64,000 bases of DNA from Callorhinchus milii (lineage: Eukaryota): NCBI RefSeq assembly GCF_018977255.1, contig NW_024704840.1, forward strand, positions 1 to 64,000, given 5' to 3'. The translations under genes were made by a program, and so were the position numbers. Below are positions 37,740 through 50,345 of this stretch, one piece after another. Numbering within the stretch: position 1 is the stretch's first letter; each line of letters opens with the position of its first letter. Below the pieces are notes generated by a model that saw only the letters and a program-made list of their open reading frames with translations, did not search any database and was not told where the DNA came from.

Positions 37740-38193
37740 ATGAAGCAGATATTCAGCACAACGTATATTATTTTGAATTTAATAATATCTCTGCTGTGTA
37801 AGTAGGTTATGAGTTCGGCAAACTCACTCTTGTTTTCCAGTTAAATAATTCGCAATTGTCCTGGCAATTATTCTCCGAATTTCGTTTCAACAACTTACAT
37901 TTCTATTTCTCAGGTGTCTTTGCTGAAAGCGCTGTCTCACAGAGACCTCAGGCCGTGACAGAGAATGAAAATGGGAATGCATCTGTGGAGTGCACAGTCA
38001 CTGAATCCACGAATGCCTTTCATTGGTACAAACAGTATGGAAACGGCTCCATCCGTTTCTTGGTTTTGGGAACAAGTGACATCAGTGTGAAGGGAAGGAT
38101 AAGAGCTTTGGCGAATACAAGACAGAGAAACTGCACTCTAACCATCCAAAACCTGCGAGTGTCAGACACCGCCACTTACTTCTGTGCAGCGAG
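37740..38193 (+). CDS. TCR alpha/delta V segment V13 (GNGSIR family), apparently functional
   Basis: Leader 37740-37797 MKQIFSTTYIILNLIISLL+T|gtaagt. Exon 37914-38193 YFCAAS. RSS CACAGTG 38194-38200, 23 bp, ACAAAAACG 38224-38232. Confidence 0.95.
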
Positions 38194-39774
38194 CACAGTG
38201 CTGTGTGTCTATGAGGGACCTGTACAAAAACGTGCTGCGTTTACTGCAGCTCAATGGTTAGAGCACTCGCCCCGCAAGAGAGATGAATGGGTTCGTTTCC
38301 CGGCAGCAAAGGCAAACACGGCTGTTAGTCGATTGGCAGAAGACTTTTCGTAGGGTAGTAATTCCTTAAAAAAATTAAAAAGAAACAAAAGTTTACTCAA
38401 TCGGTCACCCGACTATTAGCGAAATTTACTGCTGCGTTTCATCCAAAGTCAGTACACTTTCTTAATCCACACACGAATTTTTAACCAGCTTTAAGTAGGA
38501 AACTGGTTGATAATCGACTGGTTCCTTCAAATTAAATAAAGAGAATGTGGACACTCTTTGAGCAACTGTTTTTGAAATGCAACTGTGCGCAATTGACTGC
38601 CAAGTTTCGTCAACAAAAAACACAGTGATTACATTTTAAAGTATACCTGTAAAGCTCTTTGAGGCGTCAAGAAGTTGATAGCAACAGCAAAGCTTATCGT
38701 TATATTTCACAGTTTGTTTTGAATACGTAACATCATGATGATGAGTTGCCTCTTGTGTCAGACACACAGGTTACAAACATCAGTTTTAAAATATAAAGCA
38801 TCATTCAGCGAAATAAACCGTAAAACGCAATAACTTTTAGCTATGAAATAAATTAGTCAACTTGTGTTTTGCACCCAAACTGCTGTAACCCAGAAACCTA
38901 GACCGGAAAGGGGCGGGAAAGAAACTTTCCACTAACTGGTGCAGAGACATCCGAGAAACTGCTGACGTTACTTGATTCCTCCTCTTTCGCTTTGAAACCT
39001 TCCAATCGCTCGTTTAACCTCGTTACCAAATTGACATCTGCCTCCGGGGATATGAAGCCAACAGACAGTAGTCCATTTTCCTGCCATCTGAACGCACTCA
39101 GGAGCTTCCACTGAATACATCCTCCTACCTTTATTTGACTATATTTATTAATAATACTTGCATTTTAAACAGCGCCTTATCTCGTTTCTGAGACGTCGCA
39201 AAGCGCTTCACAGAATATACTGTAAAGTGATGTGACTGCATTTTGAATACGAAACGGGATTACTATCCCCAGATAGGAAACTAACATTCGACTAACAACA
39301 AGTTTCCTACTTACTGATCTGTAAACAGTTGTGTTTGGGGATTAACGTAACACGGCCAACATTTTACATTGCCGGGAATCGAACCGATGTCTCTCGCTTG
39401 TGTGTCGAGGGCTTTAAGCATTCAGCTTCAGGACTTCGCAGATGGCACAGGTTTTTGGAACTCATGGACGAGTTTGGGATCAACTTCCATATGCGCGTAA
39501 CTTGCTGCAGGTGTCAGACCCTCAGCTGAAGATATGAATGTCAGCGATGGAAGAGAAGCCATGGAGGAGCGAGATTGCAGAGCAGAGAAGATGACACAAA
39601 ATGACAGTGACACAAGTTTTGTACGTAACCCTCATACCTACTCCTTCACAGTGTATGTAACTTCTGTATGTTGTGTCCTGTTCAGCCCCATTCAAGGTAT
39701 CTTACAGCCTCGCAGCCAACATTCTCCAACTGCACCATCAACGCTCTCTCAACTTCCAGTGATATTGAATACAT

Positions 39775-40534
39775 ATGACATTGTATATCTTTGCGGCAGC
39801 AGCCATCATTATATTGTCAGGTAAGCGATCCAGCTCGCTTCATCAGTCTGGTTCTTGCAAATAAAATCCAATGCCTAAGTTTTATTGCACAAAGCAACTA
39901 ATACGCTGTCGGATATTTGTGGACCTGGAGTACTGTCGTTCAGTTTCTGTCTCACAAGCGAGAGGAGCTGTGTTCGATTCCCGGACGGCACAGGTCAAAT
40001 ACTTAGGCAAGTTTCCTTACTCCACACACACGCCAATCTTTGACTACAAACATGCAGGATTTCGGATAGAGACCGATAGGCAGATGACTTTTATGGTGGT
40101 GACAATCCCGAAAAAAAATTATAACCCGTGATAATATGGGACGTTAAGCAGGACTTTTATGGGTTAATTCTGTGCGAATTGGCTGCAGTGCTTTGCCCAG
40201 AAAATACATTTCGTGCGTATTACATGAAGCGCATGGACACCTCAAAGATGTGATCAGTCTGTATATAAATTGTAAGCGTTATCGTCATTATTATTGTTAT
40301 TGGACTCAACGCTGTTTTGTGTCTCGTTTGCAGGACATTGTGCAGTAGCCGCAGTGACACATTTCCTATCTGCTGTAACAGTGAATGAAGGGGAAGATGT
40401 TGACCTGCAGTGTAGTTATACATCTACAAGCTCCAGCAATCCCGGTGTGCACTGGTACCCTCACTATCCCAACAAAGCTCCAGAGGGTATCCTGAGCACA
40501 TCCATCAACAACAAGATCAATAAACATGCAGACT
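39775..40534 (+). pseudogene. TCR V pseudogene V14 (APEY family), 3' half and RSS deleted
   Basis: Leader 39775-39820 intact. Exon from 40334 (LQC..HWYPHYPNKAPEG) breaks at CATGCAGACT and continues with GCCATGTGG, the sequence found just after the nonamer in V5/V9. Confidence 0.9.
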
Positions 40535-40984
40535 GCCATGTGGATTCCTGTAGCTCAGCAGTTATAGCATTCACCGCGCAAGAGTGAGCACTTGGGTTTG
40601 ATTCCTGGCAGTAAAAGGAGGAACCCTGTTGTCAGTCGATTAGCGGATCCCGTTCCGGTTTAATAATTCCTTAAGATAATAATATTAATAATATAGTGGT
40701 CACTTAATCCAATGGGACACTGATGTGTGCAAGTGGCTGCTGCCCACACAATATGCAGATAATTCGATTACAGTACATTATCTGAAGCGCGTCTCGAAGA
40801 TGCGATTCGTCACTATATCAAATGCGAGGATTATTTTGAAATATGATCAGATTATTGGCACAGAAATAACTTCAAATCTCTTACTTTCTGGGCGGACCTG
40901 CCTATGCACTTGTTAGCCTCTGTTTTTTTTAATCAGTAGGAAAATATAAATAACAACTAATTATATTATTTAACAGTTTGCTGT

Positions 40985-41185
40985 CAAATGTCTCCAATTG
41001 TACACTTGCTGTAGCCACAATCCATCAGCAGATAGCGCACTGTACACGCATATAACATGAGCTGTACTTACAAAACTTGACAGTTTCCTATCTGGAACTA
41101 ACCTCCTTGGCAACAATAACAGGTGCTTCCTGTTACAGTTGGTGTTGGTTCTCTGACACAAACTATTGCTGCTTCAGCTTAAATG
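40985..41185 (+). promoter_or_regulatory. Conserved intergenic module copy G (inverted, follows plus-strand V polarity)
   Basis: CCATCAGCAGATAGCGC 41022-41038; CAGGTGCTTCCTGT 41120-41133. Confidence 0.55.
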
Positions 41186-42273
41186 TACAAATGTTGCCCT
41201 AAAGCATTAACACAAGGTTTAGTTTGCTCAAGAATCAATCTCTGTTTGAGCTTTTCAATTTTATTGTCGCTCTCTCAAATAAGCAGCCGCCCTTAAGTGG
41301 ACATCACTGCGATAATCAACCGGCGAGACTTTGTTAAGGACAATATTGTTGTTTGTCTTGGTTAGTTTGGGTAGAAAATTTAAACTGACATTGTTTAATT
41401 TAATTTAGGAATTGAGTAACTACAGTAGGTATGCATTCATTGACTTTCGTCTCAATTTTATACCGAAATTTGCAGCAATAATAATACTCCATATCTCTAA
41501 TACAGTGCATTTCATGTTTGAGGTGGGAGAAACGAGGATGCTGTCAGCTGCTGTAAAATAAATCATACAATAGGCAATTTGCGCATATTAATTTCCCAAC
41601 ATGTGTTCATAAAATGAGAGATGGCAAATTGTCGACTTGGATTCTGAACCGAAAATGTTCTGACAGATAAGTGACTGTTCAACTAACTGAGAGAGTTTGT
41701 CACCTCAGACTTGATGATGGAAAGCAATCATTTATTCATTCAGGCTTGGCTGCACTATTCAATGATTCTCCATCTAAATTCTTGCGTTGATCATGTCGAG
41801 GCAAGATTACACCAACTGTCTGCTCACTCTATAACCTGCCCCGTCCATTCGCAAATTGCAGACTATCCAAAAATCTGTACGTTCTGTTATTTTCACACAC
41901 GATTACGAAAATTTTTCATCTGAACCTATCCCAACCTACTGGCTCCCATTCAATCGCCTCAGATCCAATTCAAGATCATCACCTTCACCTTAGAGTTCCT
42001 ATATTGTTATTCCCAAGCCCGCCTCTGTGATATCGTGGAAACCAACAAATCTGGTCTTCATTTCAGTGCCAAGTAGGTCACCAAATCGAATTGGCTCCCC
42101 CCAGAAAATAAACTGTGAAACTTTATCTTCCCTCCAACGTTGAGCAGAGAATGCTCATGTCACTTGATTAGGAAGTGAGGTGGTTGCAAACAAGTATCAC
42201 CTGACAAAAAGCCGTACACCTCCGATCAACACAAATATCCTATCCACACAAGAGCTCAGCGGTGGAGTGAGTA

Positions 42274-43052
42274 ATGGGGATGGAGAGAGCTGGTGTGTAT
42301 CTGGCCCTCGCTGCCATGTTATTAGGTAATTTAGGGTAACAAACGTAAATCGTTCAATCAAATTTTAAAATCTTTCAACTGAATCTTTTTCTCTTTCCTT
42401 CTCATATTATTAATCACAATTATATTTGTAATGGTGTTTTATGTAGTGTTTCAACATGTTTTCGAGAAGTCTAACGGCGCTTCACAGAATATACTGTAAA
42501 GTACAATGACTGTGTATTTCGTGGGAAAGACTCGGTAGCCAATTTCACACAGTAGTGTCCCCCAAATAATCAACGATTCACAGATCATATCTTAATAGTC
42601 TTTTATTTTTTTGAAGAGAATATTATCACCGGATGGTGATCAGCTAATTGTCTAACCTCTCCGGGAATCGAACCCGTGTCCTATCTCTTACGAGGCGAGC
42701 GATCTCACCACTGAGCTACAGGACTCCACGCTCTTGTCTTTCAGGCCTGACCCAGGGAGACTCTGTGACACAGAAGGTGGCTTCATTGATTGGGAAAGAA
42801 GGAGGAAGTGTGACCATGGAATGCCATTATGATACGTCTCTGGGCAACTACTATTTAAACTGGTACCGAGAACAAGAAGAAATACAACCACATTATGTGC
42901 TTCAAAAGGGTTCTGGTGGTGATACATATAAAGCAGACTTTGCTAAAAAGCGGTTCTCTATTGAGCTCCAAACCTCGACAAAATTCAGCAGTTTAACCAT
43001 CTCCCTGTTGGAGCTGTCTGACAGCGCTGTGTATTACTGTGCTCTCCAACCA
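42274..43052 (+). CDS. TCR alpha/delta V segment V15 (QPHY family, inverted paralog of V2), apparently functional
   Basis: Leader 42274-42325 MGMERAGVYLALAAMLL+G|gtaatt. Exon 42745-43052 YYCALQP. RSS CACAGCG 43053-43059, 23 bp, ACAAAAACT 43083-43091. Confidence 0.95.
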
Positions 43053-43749
43053 CACAGCGATGGGAACCAGTCAGAGACTCGTACAAAAACTATCAGCGTT
43101 TAGTGGGTTTGTGCTTCTGTCTCTCTAGGCCGCAGCAACGATTTCCTGTGGGAAGGGAGACGAGTCAGAGACATTAAGAGAACATCATATAAACAGCTCA
43201 ACTTACTGTCACGCAAACAACTCAATGATCCCATGATCTCAACTGATCATGCAATAACCGTGGTTAGAGCACATATCTCGCTGGCGAGGGACATGTGTTC
43301 GATTCCCGGCAGGGAGAAATGTTGGGAAAGTTTCCTTACTGCAAAAACCGCCGTTTAGCGAGCAGTAGATATGAAACTGACTGGCGGATTGCTTTTTCGC
43401 CATTAATATTTCCCTCAAAAGAATAATAAGGGGTAAACAAATTGGTCACTCAATCCAAGACTATCTATGGTACACTGCTGTGCGCAATCGTATGCCTTGA
43501 TACGCCCACAAAATGCAAAGTCACTACACTATGTAATAGATTATGTGAAGCGCTTTCGGTCTTCTGGAAAATGTGATAATATCCTACGTCAAATGGAACG
43601 ATTATTGTTATATTATTTTGATGATCAGTCTACGAGTTATGGCTATGGGCATCGCTGTTACCAGGAGCTGAAGGGAGGATTCCCTTCCCCCAGTGACTGG
43701 TGAAAACCGCTGTAAAAAAGCAATTGGATACTGTATTGAAACGCGGCTG

Positions 43750-43795
43750 AGATACCAATGAGGTGACGTGAGACTGTGGCTCCGCCAATGCCGAC
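43750..43795 (+). promoter_or_regulatory. V16 proximal promoter: CCAAT - CRE-like TGACGTG - CCAAT (mirror copy at 1093-1127 for V1)
   Basis: CCAAT 43755, TGACGTG 43764-43770, CCAAT 43785, 70-105 bp upstream of the ATG. CRE-like motifs are typical of TCR V promoters. Confidence 0.55.
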
Positions 43796-43858
43796 AATTA
43801 CTGCGGGTTATCAGCAAACTGATGGCACAGACACAACCACACAGACTGAAGAGCAGCA

Positions 43859-44840
43859 ATGAGGCTGTTTGCTGTCTGTCTGGTGCTGGGAACCTTCATG
43901 TCAGGTGAGGCCCTGTTGAGCTAATTCAGTTTTGGTGGTGATGGTCAGCACTTCTTCAGCATCAATTTGTGGACGGTAACCTGTAGTTCAGTGGTGAGAG
44001 CTCTCGCCTCGCAAACGATAGGACCTGGTCTCGATTCCCGGGCATGGTGAATAGTTAAGCTGGTTTTCTTACTCCATAAGCACACACATGTCTCTGTTTA
44101 CCCAGCTGTAAGTTGCAGTCCCGTTGCTCCGTAACTCGAGGTAATATTCCTTCTAAATATTAATTAAATTGAAACGATTTTAATGGTGTGTCTGATCTAC
44201 TTCCGTGGAAAATGATCCGTTTTTAAAAATAATTGTTTGGTCGTGTATTCCAGGAATGTTATTTTAGGCAATGCTGTGCTAAATTGGATGTCCTTTTTCG
44301 CCCACAAAAATACACAGCATAACTCGAGAACAAATTCCGTGAAGAGCATCCAGACCTCTCAACAAAGTGATAATGCTTTTCATAAAATACTATGATTATT
44401 ATTAATTCATGGTTAACAAAGGACGTATGCATAGCGGATTTCTCGACGGGAGGACTTTCAAATGCGCTCAAAATGTAATTGAGGCAACGAATGAATAATA
44501 TAATTTTGTGCTCTTCCATCTTTATTGCAGACCTCTGTGATGGTGATTCCGTCAGTCAAAAAGCTGCCACGATGGTTAAGAAAGAAGGAGAAATTGAGAT
44601 TTTGCAATGTACTTATTCCACGACTGAAAGCTATTACTATCTCTATTGTTACCGACATTACCCAGACAAACAGCCGGAGTTTATAATTTGGAGATATTCT
44701 GGAGATAATCAAGGAAAAGGAACAGGGTTTGGAAATCGTTTCTCTGCTCAGCTACAGACATCCAATTCATCCACCAGTTTATCCATCTCAGAGCTGGTGG
44801 TGTCTGACAGCGCTGTGTATTACTGTGCCTTTAGTCTCAC
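43859..44840 (+). CDS. TCR alpha/delta V segment V16 (EPEF family, paralog of V1), open frame but conserved Trp41 replaced by Cys
   Basis: Leader 43859-43904 MRLFAVCLVLGTFMS+G|gtgagg. Exon 44531-44840 ILQC..YLYCYRHY..YYCAFSL. RSS CACAGTG 44841-44847, 23 bp, ACAAAAACT 44871-44879. Confidence 0.9.
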
Positions 44841-46537
44841 CACAGTGATAGACAGCACTGCAAGTCTCGTACAAAAACTGCCTTCACTTTGTACATAGGG
44901 ATGATCCGTCTGTAACCATAATCAGAGCAAACCGCATTAACCTCACACCAACTTGTCAGCTAAAGGTTCACAACATCATATGTTACAATAAATTCAGAAC
45001 ACAAGGGATGCTTGAGTTATATATTGCACGTCCAGTTGCTATTGATCGACTTTGATCTGTCAATGTAATAAAAGAAATCATGTTTCTTTTGTTTTATTAC
45101 TTAAACGGAACCCTGTGGCGGAGTGGAAATAATTCTCGACTCTCAAACTGGAGGACCCAGTTTCGATCCCGAGCACAGTGAAGCCTTTGGCAAGTTTCAT
45201 CGCTCCTCACACGGGCTTTTGTTTACAGAAGAGTGAGTAAGGACCCGATTGTAAATCGATCAACGGGTCGCTTTTCCAAGAGGTAATAATCCCTTCAAAC
45301 TAATGTTGATTACTGAATAGTTGAATGTTCAGTTGGATAATAAAGATCCCACGGAGCGACTCGAAACAACAGCGATATCCTGACAGAACGAAGTCAGTGT
45401 CCGGGTGCATAGTGTTTGTGGCAGTCGCTGAGGATGGGCGGTAGAGAACTTGGTCGCTTTTAAAGGTAGAAGAGGATCTATAACATCTAATAAAATGTCT
45501 TGTTCGCTCGCATCCATTTCAAGACCACCTTTATCAACCGTGTCTTAAGTGATCATCCCTCTTCCCCTGTTTCATCCTAAACTGCAGATCCAGCGGAAAG
45601 CCTTCACTGTAAAGCGGTTTGTGAAAGTCGCTGCGTAATGCAATTTGTTGTTGTAATTGTTGTCTTAATGAAGCTCTAAATAATGCAAGAACTATTATGA
45701 TTCTTTCTCACCAAAGCTTTATTCACATCAATTTTGTCATCAAGTTGGTGGAGTTGAAGCCACTGAACAGGCAATTGAGTGTAGCCCAACGCCCATAGTT
45801 ATAATGCTGACAACAAGGTCAAGTGAACTTGTCAAGGAAACACTGCTGCGGGGTTACGGATGTGATGTTGAAACCCGTCACCGTCGACAACTCCGTTCCA
45901 TCATCAAACTCTGCTTGGAATGGCTTATTGCTGAATGGCAGCAATGCGACTGTTCATGGATTTCCTTCTCCTGTTGAGCTTTATGCCAGCTGTGGCTGTG
46001 TGCCATGCAATACCGATAAACATTTATGTAGAGACTGTCTCATTTGGAGGACGGTTTAAGATGTTTAACATTCTTCGTTTTGTCTCCGGACGTGGGGTTA
46101 GGGATTAAATTATTAGTAACGGAAAGATAATAATAATAATAGTCCTTGTATTTGATACAGCGCCTTTTCGCCTCTTCGAGATGTCTCGAACCACTTAAAA
46201 CCATATACTGAATAGCATAGTGATTGTGTCTTTTTTGGGCGAAAAATGACAACAAATACGCACAGCATCTTCCAACGAACTGTCGTGGATTGAGGGAACT
46301 TTATTTAGGAATTATTATCCCTGAAAAGTCATCCACCAATCGACTGACAACTGGGTTCCCACTTACTGCTCGGTAAACAGAGGCGTATGTCTAGATAGAA
46401 AACTTGCTGAAGTTGCTCCATGTCCTGCCAGAGAATCGAACCCGCATTCTAACACTTCGGAGGCGAGTGCACTGACAACTGAGGTACAGGACTGTAATAG
46501 CGCCATGTTTGATGTTGATGCTTTTCACCCGTTGCAG

Positions 46538-46850
46538 ATGTGGTGCTGGGTTATTCAATCAGACAGCAGATGGCGTGGCTTAGCAAACAAGAGGGAGACA
46601 CGGTGAGTTTGACCAGTTCATATACTTCTAGCTCGAGCTATGTTGCTCTGTACTGGTACAGGCATCAACCCAGACATCGCTCCCGAATACATTCTCTACA
46701 GGGATACTGATGGAGTTAACTATACTGCAGATAACGCCAAAGGGCGTTTCACTTCACATCTGGACAAGAATGGCGAACAAACCATATTAATCATTCCCAA
46801 TGTCATTGTTGCTGACTCTGCCGCGTACTATTGTGTCTTAAGGTCAGATG
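46538..46850 (+). pseudogene. TCR V pseudogene V17 (Cys23->Ser and +1 frameshift in FR2), RSS intact
   Basis: Acceptor ttgcAG 46536-46537. Reads VSLTSSY..LYWYRHQ, then an extra C before DIAPEYILY..YYCVLRSD. RSS CACAGTG 46851-46857, 23 bp, ACACAAACC 46881-46889. No convincing leader found. Confidence 0.88.
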
Positions 46851-48611
46851 CACAGTGCTGCAAGGCAATGACTTCCCTGCACACAAACCCAACTAACGTT
46901 GAGGCACAATGTTACCCCAAACAACTCTGCTTTCATTATTTTATCTTTAAACGAAAACCTCTTTTCAAGACGATTTCAGCCCATTGACGTCCTGTAGATT
47001 AATTGTTAGAGCTCTCGGTTCATAAGTGAGGGGATTTGTGTTTGATTCCCAAACGGGTAAAATGTTGGGCAAGTTTCCCAGCTCCACACGCCTATGTTTG
47101 AATTGTGTTCTGTAAGAACGCGTTTGGTTGTCGATTGGTTATGATCCCTTTAAAATTAATAGTATTAAATTGTTCACTCAATCCTCGACTCTGAGAGGGA
47201 CGCCGATGAGTGCCATTGCCAGCCGCGTTTCACCCACAAACTATACAGTCACGAGATATTTAATGTGTATCCTGTGAAGCGCTTTGAAATTTCGGGAAAA
47301 AGTGATCAGTCGCTTTTTCAAATTCAATGATCATTTTTTATTATTTCACTTTGTTATTGACAGACTAAATAAATCACTGAAGAGGAGTGGGCGGGTTTGA
47401 TCGACCACAGATATTAGTCTGACAGTTGACCTATTTAAAAAATCCTGTTATGGTGGGTGAATTCGTGGAGGAAAGATGTCTTAAGGAGCGGTTGAAGAAG
47501 AAGCTGTTGAAGTGGAGACCTTCGATCTGATCGGAATATTCGTATTAATGGTGCACTGTCCACATTGCACACCCGGTTATCCTAACCAAGATTATAGGTT
47601 TGATACTTCAACTCCTCCGAACACACGGAACTGACATTCTCCTGAAATGCCAATAGATGTCGCCACATAATAATACAATAAAACTGACTGTTTTACAGCA
47701 GCTTTCACATCAGGAGGACACCTCATTAGCGCTTAGCAGTGCAAATAATGTGGAGTATTTTAGCTTAATTGTTAGGGCAATAGTTTCATATGCGAGAGGA
47801 ACTGGGTTCGATTCACTGGTTGAAAAAAATGTTAGGCAATTAACCTTTCTTTACACGTCTTGCTGTTTAACTACAAATAAGTGGGAACCTACTTGTTTCT
47901 CGATTGGTAGATAATTAAAACTATGTTTATTTAAAAAAGAAAACGCATACATTGTTTTTTTAAGCAAGTAAATATACACATGAGTAAAACATAAATTCGG
48001 TCGCTCAATCTGCGATTGTTTTTTGGACACTGCTGTGCAAAATTGGATGATTTATTTTTCCAAGGAAACATAAAATCAATCAACTCATCAGTGTGTTTTG
48101 CGAATCCCTTTGCGTCGTGATAAGGATCCATATGCAATGCAAGGATTATTAGGATTAAAAGAATAAAGCGGCCCCAACATGTTCAAAACTATCTCCTCTC
48201 CCTCACACAAAGGCCCAAACTGTTTTGTACACCTGGTTCATCGTTCAGGTCAAAAAATAATCCCCAACTTCTGATCCCTCTTGTGAGCAGATCCTCCTCA
48301 CATCCCTAAATCACCACTGTGTGAAGCTCAATGTCATTTGTGACAAAAAATAATAATATTAATAATCCTTTCATTTTATACAGCGCCTCATTACGTCAAC
48401 GAGACGCCACCAAGCACTTTGCAGGCTGTGTTTTGTGGACGAAAGGCGGCCCATCATTGGTACGTTTCGCTTAAAAGATGCGGCTTTCCTTATTTAGTGA
48501 TGGACTAATATTTCAATTATTATTATTATTATATTGTAGAGATTTTTCCGCGGGAAAGCGATGCAAAGTTGTAAAAACAAGCGGGGTTGCTCTTACCACT
48601 AAACAGAGGCG

Positions 48612-48711
48612 TGCGTGTGTGCGTGTGTGTGCGTGTGTGTGTTTGTGGGCAGCCGGAAAAGTTTCCTAACGATTCAAAGAAAGGCAGCGGGACATCGAGA
48701 GACAGAGAGAC

Positions 48712-48742
<31 letters not shown>

Positions 48743-48769
48743 TTGGGGGAGAGATAGAGAGAGAAAGAG

Positions 48770-48804
<35 letters not shown>

Positions 48805-48895
48805 AACTCACACAGACGGACAGACAGACAGACAGAGCGACACACAGACAGAAAAACAGATACACAGACGCAGGAACATAGAGACAGACAGGCCA
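48612..48895. repeat. Compound (GT)n/(GA)n/(GACA)n microsatellite
   Basis: Direct inspection. Confidence 0.95.
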
Positions 48896-49639
48896 AGTCA
48901 GGGATTAATAATAATACGTGTATATAATACAGTGCATTACCATATCGTTAAGTCGTGATAAACCTCTTCGCATGCTACGCTGAATATTCATCATCATATT
49001 AACTGCCTTCTCTTCCACCTCCATGTCCCCCTGCGGACCATCATCGCTTTGTCACTTACTCTATGCCCACGGATTTTATAACCGATTTTATAACCACTCC
49101 ACCCCATACTACTTTACCCCAATTTCTCAATCCACCTTCCCACCCATCATCACCCAGATCTCGCTAACTCTCTGCTGCCTTGACCGGCCTACCCGTCCTG
49201 CTGCTGCTCACTGTAATAGAACTCACTCCAAGTCAAAGGTGTGTAAGTAGTTTCTTTATGTCTCCTTCCCCATTCTCAGTATAGTCTCTACATCACACAG
49301 CCTTTGTCCCACTCACAGTGTCAGGTTACACTCCCTCCCGTTAGCTTCCAAGTCAAGGGTCCATTTAAACCTCAATGAGTCTTGAACAGTCATCCACAAA
49401 TCGCCCTCTCTGCCCACTGCTCTCGAGCGCAGGTAGTCAGTCCCTTTCCTCATGTATGTTCTTACCCTCCACACTCAAACCACACCCCGCCCACCCCTCA
49501 AAGCCGCTGACACCAGCCATGATGTGACGCTGTTCATCACAAATAAACCAAGTCTCCAACAGTGTTACAGAACAGCCCTGTGTTACTCACAGTCACTCTG
49601 AGGTGTCCGGTGCTGACGGTATCTCCCAGCGGTGAGAGA

Positions 49640-50345
49640 ATGTCTCTCCTCTATATCTCCATCTGCTTCCTCGTCTTACAATGTAAGTGTTTGTTTCCAT
49701 TACACAGCAATGTTGAATGTCATCATTACAATGTGCGATATAACAATAATCCTTGCATTGATATAGCCCTCATCACTTCGATGAGACGTTTCAATGCACT
49801 GCGGGAATATACTGTAAAGTGAGATGACAGTGTTATTTGTGGGGGAATTCAGCAGCGAATTGGTATCAATAATATTATGACAACAATATTATATGTTAAA
49901 ATTATTGGTATCAATTAACAAAATAATGGTATTGTATATCGTGATTATATTATATTAATTGGAATCAATCAAAATCAAGCCAAGGCTAGGGAAATAATTT
50001 CCATAGCAGTGGACATTGTTGAAGACTTGTTAAGCTAATGTTAAGTTGTGTATAATTTTCAGATGTTTTCAGTGCCTCAGTAAAGCAGACGCCATCCGCT
50101 ATTAGGAGACAAGAATGCGAGTCCTTGACCATCAACTGTGTCTTTGAAGCTGCGTCTTATGAAACTTTCAGTAAGATGCAATTTAATAGAAAATTTCAGA
50201 ACGAAACAGACTGGAAGCGGATCCCTCTTGATGCACGCTTTGTTGTAAAGACAGACAAGGAATCGATGTCGTCTTCACTGGAAATTAATGCTTTGCAAGT
50301 TCAAGACAGCGCTGACTATAAATGTACAGCTCGGTACTGGGATAC
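49640..50345 (+). CDS. NARTCR: NAR-TCR V gene (VNAR-type single-domain V) with leader
   Basis: Leader 49640-49682 MSLLYISICFLVLQ+T|gtaagt. Exon 50063-50345 VFSASVKQTPSAIRRQECESLTINC..DSADYKCTARYWD. It matches the IgNAR FR1 signature (V.QTP..I....ESLTINC) and lacks the CDR2/C'-C'' region. RSS CACAGTG 50346-50352, 22 bp, ACAAGAAGC 50375-50383. Confidence 0.92.

Noticed and set aside
49314-49320. Perfect heptamer CACAGTG upstream of the NAR leader
   Set aside because: No nonamer at 12 or 23 bp and no V-like sequence before it.
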